A stretch of DNA of 64,000 bases from Vitrella brassicaformis CCMP3155 (lineage: Eukaryota > Protista > Chromerida): NCBI GenBank assembly GCA_001179505.1, contig CDMY01000253.1:1-64000 (forward strand), written 5' to 3'. Under the pieces are notes generated by a model. That model did not search any database and was not told the origin of the DNA. It was given only the letters and a program-made list of their open reading frames with translations. A program made the position numbers and the translations under genes. This document shows positions 38,850-48,734 of the stretch, piece after piece (positions within the stretch are counted from its first letter, which is position 1; each line of letters opens with the position of its first letter).

Positions 38850-41230
38850 CCCCACAGACCACTACCCCCGCCCCCATGCCTTCATGATGTCGTTCCTCAC
38901 CTCCTCCTTGGTCCTCCCCGCCCCGCCGGTCTTGAAGTCCTTGAGGCTGCCAGTCTTGTCGCTCTTGATCAACGCCCGCGGCGGCTCCATTGTCATATTA
39001 TCTGCTTTGTTTGGACCAAGGGAATGACACCAGTGGCCGACACAAAAGCATCCATCCATTTACCATCACCCAACTCACTCTCTTCTTTCTGTTTTACTTA
39101 CCGATGGCTGCAGGCGGTGATGGCGGGGCGGCAGCGGCGGCGGCGGCAGCAGCAGCAGCAGGAGCGGCACGGGGAGGAGCGCGTGCCCTCGCCTTGGCCT
39201 TGCTCTTGGCCTTCCCCTTCCCCTGGCCTTGGCCTTCGCCATGTCTCATGGACAAAACAACGCCTCTGTGGGGGGCGAGCGGAGCCCTCCCCATCCCTCT
39301 CCCTCTCTCCAACACCACCACCACCACCGTCACGACCGGACGACCCTCCTGCTGCCGCTGCCGCTGCTGCGGCGGCGGGTGGTACGAGAGGTGGAGGTAG
39401 GAGTGGGGGTGCCAGGGGGGCGGGTGCAGGCGATGGGCTGAGACCAAGGCCACCACCCAGATCGAGGCCGAGACCTCCTGAAGGAAACGGTCCGCCCGCG
39501 GTCGAGAGAGGGGTGGCATGGGCAGCATGTCGGGATGCTGCTGCGGGTGTGGGTGTGGGCGCCGCCCGCCACTCGCTCTCCTCCTCAAATGAGTGGCTGG
39601 GCGGCGCCATCCACCAGGTCCCGCACTCGCGCTGGATCTCCAGCCGCTCAGGGTGCGAACAGAACAGCGCCTCGAACGCACCCAGCGGCGGGTCGCCGAC
39701 GTCGTGCCGCCAGGAGGCGTCAAACACTTCATCATACGCAGGGGGCACAGACGACTGACGAATCCCACACACACACACACACACACACATGAACACAGGC
39801 ACTATCACGCCCCTCTCCCTCCCCTATATGTGTGTGCGAGGTGGCGTACCTTTGCTTCTCCATCCTCGGGCGCGAGCACGCTGGGCGCCTTGAGTGGTCT
39901 GGTGAAGAATCCGCGTTGGACCCAAGGCGCGCCCCACGGCGGCTGCAGCAGGGTGTTGAGCGTCACGACCCGCACTGTGGGGGGCGATGGCGAGGGCACC
40001 GGGCTGAGCCGATCCATGTCCGTCCGCATCTTGCGCTGCTGCTGCCGGGCCTCCGGTGGCAGCAGCGTCTTGCGACGCTCACGCTTGGCTGAGAGAAACG
40101 AGTCCGCCGGCCGTCGAGAGAGGGGTGGCATGGGCAGCAAGCCGGGCTGCTGCTGTGGGTGTGGCTGTGTGTTGATGGTGACGGCCTTGAGGGCGCCGCC
40201 GCGACGCGGGCACAACTCACACGGCACCTGATGGATGCACAAACAAAGCGAGCGACAGGCAGGCAAGAATGGCACCGTGTCGTCTGATGCGCTGTGTTGT
40301 GTTGTGCGTGGTGTTGTGTGGTTCTCGCAGACTGACCTCCCAAGGGTCCTCTCTCCTGCGGCAGACGTCGCACCGCCACCGGTGCCGCTTCTTGTCTGGC
40401 GTCGTGGGCAGTCGATGTTGCGGTGGCGGAGGCGACAGTGGACCTGAGAAGACAACAGCAACGGACCATTGACATGTTTTCCTCTCTGCCTCTCTCCCCC
40501 CCGCATACCGGCAGATGACTCCTTTGGGCAGAGTACCCGCTTGCCAAGTGTCATCCGCAGCTCAAACGGCTCATCTTGACCTATCGGCCCATCCGCCCTG
40601 GCGCGCTCAAGCAAGGCTGTCAGCCGACGCAGATCCCAGCCGTTCTCCCCTTCACGCCGCACCGCGGGATCGCACACATGTACCGCCTCGCCCTGCCTGT
40701 CATCGAGCGGCCCTGCCACCACGTGCAGAGCGTCTCGAGAGTCCTTTGCGGGCCTCACGCCAAGCTCTTGGACATCGACTATGTGGTCGATGCCGTAGCA
40801 GCGGGGATGGACGTGCACACGGCAGGTGGCACACTCAATTAGCGGCTCCTCTGTCCCATCCTGACCACACAACACACACAACACACATGACAACCACCCT
40901 CTATGTATGTCTGTGTGTATTGCCTGCCTGGCCTGCTCTCTCCTGCTGGCTGACTGACCTTGAGGCAGACGGCACACATGTTGAAAGCGTATGTGTCGGG
41001 TTCGAGAACGAGGCCCATGGTGGGGGCTCCGTCGGCATCCTTTTCGGCCTCCTCGCCGTCCTCCTCGCCAGCCCTCTCGCTCTCCTCTCCGTGGGGCGGT
41101 GGGAGTGGCGGGGGCTGCTGCTCGTTGGCGGCCTCGTCGCTGTCGTCCTCCTCGCCCTCACCGGCGGGTGGCGGCTGCAGCTGGTCTCCGTGGGGCGGTG
41201 GTCGTTGTCAAAGGCCACTCAATATAAAAT
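38850..41230 (-). pseudogene. Degenerate/chimeric PHD-finger gene paralogous to the 21-27.6 kb gene, fused to a SAP/HeH-like exon
   Basis: MGLVLEPDTYAFNMCAVCLK|DGTEEPLIECATCRVHVHPRCYG and VPCELCPRRGGALK are PZP starts. The expected WVHxxC of the ePHD is missing, and the frame changes near 39560. The 3' exon is ADNMTMEPPRALIKSDKTGSLKDFKTGGAGRTKEEVRNDIMKAWG. Confidence 0.65.
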
Positions 41231-41329
41231 GTCGGCAGCGATTGACGACCTGCACATTGGCAGACAGAGACACAGTGAGGGCGTGTGCCTGTGAGACATG
41301 ATGTTACCAAAGGTTTTCTTACCGACAGT

Positions 41330-42830
41330 CGTCTCCTTGAGCTTGCCAGCCCTCGCCTCTCTTTGCCTGACGAACTCCCTGCTCTCCCTCCTTTCTTGAG
41401 CTTCTGCAGGTCGTCATCAAGACCTGTGGCTCAACGCACGAACGTACGTGTGTTTCCATCTGTCTGTGTGTGTGACATACCACTTGTAGGCATGCATCAG
41501 TGTCAGCAAGCTTCAAAGTAGATCGCACGCTATCCATCGCCTCTCTCGGAATATGTGGGCCCTGCACACGCGACGAAATGTGTGACAGAGACAACACAGC
41601 CGGCCTGTCTGTGCGTATGTCGTCGGCGTCTGTGTATGCTTGCCTTGTGGACAGTGACGAGGTGCTGTACCAGCCGCCTGTGGTTCTCACAGTCCACTCG
41701 CTGGGGGCTGCACACACACACACACACGCACACACACACATACACGCAGACACACATCGATTCTTCACTCTTGTTGTCCACATGACCACGTGTGTGCGCG
41801 TATGTCTTGATCTCACTCACATATCGGCAAACGGCAGCCTCTTGAACAAGGGGTAGTACCTGTGTGGATGCATCCAGCAACACAGAACGCGTAGATAGGT
41901 GTGCTGTGCGCGTGCTTGGTGTTTGTGACCCATGTGCCTGCCTACCTCATCAGACACGAAAGCCTGGACGGTGTAGCGGTGGTGGAAGGTCTCGGGTGAC
42001 TGCATGAGCAAACACAACAAACAGGTTGGATGTCCACGTGTCCCCAATGTGTCCGTGCGTGTGAGTACGTTGAAAGAGGGCGTCCCAACGAATATGTGCT
42101 CCAAGGGGTGCTTCACATCCTCAAGCAGGGCCAAGTCGAAATCGGTGAGCTTCAGCACGCCGTCCGTGAGGTTGTAGATTACATTCAGCGGCTTGATGTC
42201 GCGATGGATGACCTGCACACATGCGACGCGACACACAAGACCCGCCCATCCACATACACACATAGACGCACCTGTGCGTGCGTGCGTGCTTGTATACCTT
42301 ATGTGAGTGCATGTGGTCGAGCGCCAGAAACAGCTCCCTCATGATGTCTTTGACGTTCGCCACCGTCATCTCACCCCCCAAAGCAAAATCGACACCTTCC
42401 CCCATTGTTGATTGCTTGAAAAGCCACACACATACACACACACACAGAGAGAGAGGGCCCCTTTCCACCCCCTCCCCCACAAACCACTACACCCGCCCCC
42501 TGGCCTTTCTGATCTCCTCCCTCACCTTCTCCTTGGATTCGTGGCCCGTCTGATATGCTTGAGGCGGGCGTCGTTGCTGATCAGCTTCTGCAGTTCCTTC
42601 ATCGTCATGGCCTCCAGGTCTGGACCAAGGGAATGACACTAGTGGCAGACACGAAAGCATCCATCCATGTACCATCACCCAACTCACTCTCTTCTTTCTG
42701 TTTTACTTACCGATGGCCGCAGGCGGTGATGGTGGGGCAGCAGGCCCGAAGCGAGCAGGGCATCGAAACAAGAGATCCCGGGATATAAAATGTAGTCAGC
42801 GATCGATCACCGACCTGCACACCGAGAGAC
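41330..42830 (-). pseudogene. Truncated Ser/Thr protein kinase fragment (C-lobe only) preceded by a frameshifted SAP/HeH-like exon
   Basis: IMRELFLALDHMHSHK|VIHRDIKPLNVIYNLTDGVLKLTDFDLA...FVGTPSFN|SPE covers subdomains VIa-VIII. No Gly-loop or VAxK exon was found upstream, and there is a 1-nt deletion at ~42550. Confidence 0.75.
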
Positions 42831-44956
42831 ACACAATCAACATTCCTCGCTGGCCTTTCAGCAACCTCGCCGTGACGGCCCATGCCGTACCCCGCTTCAG
42901 CTCCCGACGAGAGAGAGAACGTCAGCACACATCCAATGACTGACAGACTGACTGACTGACGTCTGTCGCGTACTCGCTAAAGGAGCACTTGAAGTACACC
43001 AACAGTGCTCTCCTAGGATGAGAGAATGACACCCGCTAGGATCTTGGCGGCCGCCGCGTCCTTCGCTGCTTGGTCATGCCCTTCAGATGCTTCTTTATCC
43101 CACCCTCCAGGTCCCCGGCTGCCGACTGGCGGATGGCGGTCCGCTCAGCCTCCGTCAACGGCTGCAATCAGACAGGAACAACATCCATAGACAATGTGTG
43201 ATTGCCCTCCTTTGCGTTGTGTCGCTGCGGAAGACCTACCAGGTCCCTTCCCTCGCTCGACGCCCCCTCCGCTCGACGCCTCCTCGCAGAGCGGTTCTGT
43301 CTTCCGTGACCGAGTGAGGATGTCGAAATACTCCATCCGGTTGCCTCTGATAAGGCAGCCGGGGACTTGTGGCAGCCTTCTTGGACTTGTGGCCCGTCTT
43401 GATCTGCTGCACTGCCAGGTCGGCGCCCATTTCCTCTTGCACAGAGAAAGACGATGGGACTTTGATGGTCTCGCCTTGTCGTCGACTTCGGCGCTACACA
43501 CAGACTGTGCTCACTTTTTCTCGTTTGTTTCTTCCGCTCACCGGCTTTCTGTTTCTTCTCCTGTAGTCGAAAAGAGTTGTCCGTCTGTGCTGCAGCCAAA
43601 GGCAAAACTAGCGTGAATACTGGTTCGTTAGCGTACACTGAACCCCTGATTCACTGAATACTTCACCCACCTTTCGAGGACTCCGTCGAGAAAACGAGAC
43701 GGCCATCGGGAAAGACCCCAAATTGTTTCATCTGCGCACAAACATGCCAACAGGGCACATGAGATGACCACAGCAATGAAGCAGACCACCTGATAATCCT
43801 TGAATATCATTCACACACCATACCGACACCGCAACCAACAAAAAAAGATATGACCAGTGTGCCCACCTGAGAGGATGTTTAAAGTTTGAAGACAGAAGAA
43901 GGCGTCCGTGCACTCAGCTGACGCCAGAGAGATGTCAGGCGGTCGCCACCCATTCGGCAGAAGAAAGGGCGTCACCGGCTGAGGCACTCGCGGCACGGCG
44001 GTAGAGGAAGGAAGTGGCAGACGACTTCGGACAAGTCGGAGGGCGGGGGTGGGGGGGACCACACAAGCCAACGACCACTCACCAGGGAGGAGGGAGGCTC
44101 AGGCTGATGTCATCGTCTGACGGGCGGGCGGGTCAGGGGCGGTCAGGTGGACTCGTCCTCTTCGCAAACGGCAAGCAGGGGGGGCTGCGTGGGCCTCGGG
44201 CGGGTGGCGGCCGACCTCTCCCGCCGGAAAATGAAAGGAAACGAAGGAGATGTGAGGCGAACAGTGAGAAATGAGGAGAGCCGGCTCGGAAACTTGTTTG
44301 ATATCCCTTTGTTCGATAAATGCTGTCTCGAGACGGCGCGATTCTGAATTCTCGCCGCGATTCTCGCCGCAAGCTCCGGTTACTTTTCTTCCGTGTGACG
44401 TGTCTTCTGATGAGCTGAGCTAACAGCAGACTCTCTAGTGCGTCGTTGTCCTCAAGCTGTACGGCAGTGACAAGGATGGCGCGAATGGCAGTTCCCCTCT
44501 CGTTATTCTTTATCGCTGCTGTGGAGTGGTCGTCAGCCACCCCAGTGGCGCCTCCCGCCTCCATCTGCTGCACATACAACCTTCTGGCAAAGAAGAGACT
44601 TACTTAAGTCTTCACTACTCACAGTCAGTCCACCACTCAACAAACAAGACAAGCAATCCCTTCGATCTGTGCACATGGACCCTCGCCCTCTCCATCAAGG
44701 TCACAGACCCATGCACGCACTCTACTCACACGTATGTATCAAACAAACACATGACTGACCCATCCACAGGGCGAAGGAAGGCACATGCGTCACACGACTG
44801 GCCTATCCACCGCAATGTCTGTGCGTGAATGAAGAGCACACCCCACACTCACAGTGCGCAAACACAGACCAATACCGCCCGGACTACGGCCGAGAGAAAG
44901 GCAATGACTATGGCTGAGCTGGCTATCGGCGTCATGTCAACATTCACTTATTTATT

Positions 44957-46042
44957 TCAGGAAAAGTCTGCACCAAAGACAGAGCAGCCGTCAGTGAGTT
45001 GAGTGGCGTCCATCTATACGTATGGATGTGTGTAGTCTTCTCGCTCGTCGCACTTACTTCTCTTGACGCATTTGCCCGTCGATGCGTCGCGCACATAGTT
45101 GGGCGCGCACACACACTCGGGCCGGTCGAACTTCACCATGCACACACCGCCATCGCCGCATGAGTAGCCCTTGCACAACTGCTCCCCAATATCTGATCGA
45201 TCACACACAGCATAAGAACACACACACCGATCAGATCAACACCATCCCCGAATCGCCTCGCTCTTTCTCTCTCTTTCTGCCCGCCTAGCCTAGCCCACCG
45301 ATTCCGCATCTCTTGAGGCACTCGTATCCGCCGATCGCCGGTGCAGCGACCTGCTTCTGGTCAGAATCGAGCCGCACCGCCTCCCTCTGCCTGACGCCCA
45401 GTGTGGTTGCCAAGGCGTTGGTGGGAATGGACAGCAGCCGGGAGGCGACAGTCAGCACACCAGGGTCCTCACTGTTGAAGGTCGAGATGAACTCGACCGG
45501 CTTGCAGCCCCTGTTGTACTGCCAGTGCAGGAGCCCTTCTGGGACCAACATGGACTGGCCCGCCTTCAGGGTGTTGTTGATGACGCGCGGCGAGGGGCCG
45601 TTCTCCTCCACGAATCCCATCTCCAACTCGTCGCCCTTGATGACGTAGACGATCTCGGCCGCCCGTGGGTGCAACTGCGGTGAGTTCAGACCGCAGGGCT
45701 CCAGCACGTAGTGCACCTGTGAGATGGACTCGCCCTTGAGTGACGGGAGCTCCTGCACACGCACCGGACGCACATCGCCACCCGCACCCTGCAGGCATCA
45801 CGACAGACAGGCAGGGAGGGAGGGAGAAAGACAAACACAGGGGGGCAGAAGTAAGTAGTCTGTGCCTCCACTTGTCTGTCTGTCGAGCTTACCGCGTCGA
45901 CGGGCTCGGCCTTTCGTGTCGGGTAGGCGAATGCCTTGCTGGGCAACGACGCCCGGCGTTCCAGCTCAGTCACGGCCTGGGCACTGATGAGCCCCACAGA
46001 CGACAGGGCGAGAAGGCTGACGAGAAGGACCCGGGATGCCAT
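44957..46042 (-). CDS. Secreted spherulin/germin-like cupin with a C-terminal EGF-like domain
   Basis: Signal peptide MASRVLLVSLLALSSVGLISA; cupin boxes LEPCGLNSPQLHPRAAEIVYVIKG and GQSMLVPEGLLHWQYN; exon 45192-45058 encodes CKGYSCGDGGVCMVKFDRPECVCAPNYVRDASTGKCV; final micro-exon ...RNFS*. All splice phases are compatible. Confidence 0.88.
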
Positions 46043-46446
46043 CAGATTAGATTGATTGAAGAGCCGCGAATGAGTGGAGCTGACCAAGGGCTTGATGCGA
46101 ACCGAACCGACGAGAGGGTGGCTGAGCTGTTGCTTCAAGCGCAAGGGATGAGGAAGATCTGCTGAGGTAGATGATCGGTGTAGATCTGTTGCGATGAAAG
46201 ATGCAGATAGATGTGTGGCGGACGTGGCAGTCAGGTCCTGCGCGAAGGAAGGGAAAGGGTAGAGCAAAGGAGCTGATCTCTCTCGCTGCGAGCTCAGAGA
46301 AGAGAGGATGGAGAGGTCACATCCTTTGCTCTGCATCCATTTCCTTCATGGAGACCTTCGTATTGCTTGCTGCCTTCCCGCTGATCCTTCCCGACCTCAG
46401 ATCTGCATTTTCTTCATTGGTAGATACGCGTCAAGTGTTCTCCGTG

Positions 46447-47794
46447 ATGATGATGCAGAAGCAGCTGCTGTCCCTTATCTGGTTTGTGGTAGTAAGCTTC
46501 GCCGTTGCTGGTGCACGGGGCTCATCTGAGGCGCCCTTTGACAATGATGCTCATCGCGGCCTCCAGCAGCAATTCCGGACCTGCCAGGCCCGATCCAGCA
46601 TCTGCGTGAACAACGCTGTCTGCTGCTCGAGAAAGTAAGAATGAGTGAATCGCGTCAAGCCACTCACGTGTCACTCTGCACTGTTCGCACTGTCCTGTGT
46701 GTGTGGGTGTCCACTGCAGTTGTGTTGCGGGCCGTTGCTGGGAGAAGGGCGTCTATCAGGATGACGGTGGCGAGTGCCGCTACAACAACGACTGCCAGAG
46801 CAACCGGTGCGTCGGACGAGAGGGCACCACATTCGGCACATGTAAGTCGCCTACGAAAGAACCATGGATGTGCGACTCGGCTCGTGTGAGCCATTTCTCC
46901 ATCTCTGAATGCTTGCCTGTCTGTGTGTCTGTCTGTGTGTCAGGCCGCCCTGCCGGCACCAGCACTCAGCCAGGGGACACAGATGACGTCAAGGAAGATG
47001 ATGAGAATGGCGAGCCTGATGTGCCGCTGAGCCGTCGGGCCTTTCGAAATCAGTTCGATGAGTCGAGTGACTTCATCTTTGACTTCAACACCGCGCGAGC
47101 TGAGGCCGACACAAACGGACAGGGCGGAGCTGTGACAGGAGGTACGTACGCGACGGATGGCTGCACTGCACGAGGGATGTATCTCGCTGACAAGACAATA
47201 TATGTTGTCACTGCCTTGTCTGCTTCCCTTGGTCTTGTCTGTTTGTGCAGCCAGCGTCAGTCAATGGCCGGCCCTGAGCGGTCATGGGCTCAGCCACACG
47301 CTGGTTGACCTCGCCCCCTGCTCCATCAACACGCCACATGTCCACCCCCGAGCCACAGAGATCATCTACATCATCAAAGGACGGTAAGCAACATGCACAG
47401 AGGACCAACTGAACCCACCATGTACTTGTCTTTTTTGTCTGTCACCATGTGTGCATGCTGTGCTGTCAGGGTGAGCGTTGGCTTTGCCGAGGAGAACGGC
47501 GGCCGCATCGTCACGAATGACGTCAAGGAGGGCGACACTGCCTTCTTCCCCCACACACTTATCCACTGGCAGTTCAATCCCACATGCGAACCAGCCCAGT
47601 TCATCGCCACGCTCAACAGCGATGACGGCGGAGTGCAGACCATCGCACAAGCCTTCTTTGGCCTCCCTGACGACGTGCTGGCCACTGCCCTGGGAGTGGA
47701 CGAGTATGAGGTTGCGGTGCTGCGCGAGGAGCTGCCGGCCGGCCCTGCCCTGGGGCTGCAGAGAGAAGAGTGCAGACGGAAATGTGGCCTGTGA
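46447..47794 (+). CDS. Secreted spherulin/germin-like cupin with an N-terminal cystine-knot-like region
   Basis: Signal peptide MMMQKQLLSLIWFVVVSFAVAGA; CQARSSICVNNAVCCSRN|CVAGRC; cupin boxes LAPCSINTPHVHPRATEIIYIIKG and GDTAFFPHTLIHWQFN; spherulin-like C-terminus EECRRKCGL*. Confidence 0.9.
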
Positions 47795-48734
47795 GCAGGC
47801 AGGGTCGTGTGTGTCGGTCTTCTGCACACTCGATCTACGATCTGAGAGGTCTGACTGACTGAGGCGTGTGAGATGCGTGAGGTGTTGGGAGTAAGCCCAC
47901 AGCTGGTGTATCGTATCGGCATGTGGGCTGGCTTGCTAGACCACACGCATGGACCATACCTACCTCAATCGACCGCTGCGTGCGTGCGAGTGTGTCTGCC
48001 TGCCTGACTTGCCTTGCCGTGTTCCTTCCTTGCATGCATGGCCATGCGGTCGGTGTACTTAGACTGATTTGTATAGCTTGCAGGTGGTGTTTGGATGAAT
48101 AGCTATGAGTGCGTGTTGATAGATACCTTAAGGGCTGGACTGGCCACTGGCGCGCCCACCGAGTGCTCGAAGGGGCCTCTTGATGGTGACTTACTTGTTG
48201 ACTGTCGCTCTTGTGTGTGTGAAGGGTGTGTGGGCTGTGTTGGAGACGACTTACCGAACGAAGGAGGCGGTGGTGCGGTTAATGAGTCGTCATCGAGCAA
48301 GGTGGATGAGGTGGTGCGGGCGTTGGGGGTGACTGACGTTTTCATGTGAGTGCATTGCATGCGAGGTGATTTTTATGAATGAATGGCGCTATCTGAGTCA
48401 ATGTGGTGGTGGTGAGCATCATTCTCACATCATGCTGTGCCACCATGGTGAGGCGCATTGGCGAATGTTTCCGGGCCACCATCACTCCCAGCCATCCCAT
48501 CCACACCCCAAGTCAGTCAGAACTGTTTGCTGCCGACTTGTTGGTCAGGCGACGTCCCTGTCTGTCTGTCTGTCTGTCTGTCCACTCATTCGCTCACTCC
48601 CCTCACTCAATCACGATCAGCACTGGCCAATGCCTCATCAGCATTCGAAAATGGATGGATGGACAGCACACGCAGCACACTTCATCCGTCGTCCTTTGGT
48701 GTGTCCTCTGGTGTGTCCTTGGGGTTGGCCAATC

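Noticed and set aside
43111-43366. 13-bp inverted repeat gtccccggctgcc / ggcagccggggac about 240 bp apart (MITE-like)
   Set aside because: No target-site duplication, and a match of this length is plausible by chance in GC-rich DNA.
36750-44600. Helitron or DNA-transposon termini around the patchwork region
   Set aside because: CTAG sites exist (e.g. 36801), but I found no convincing hairpin, TIR, TSD or Rep/helicase/transposase ORF.
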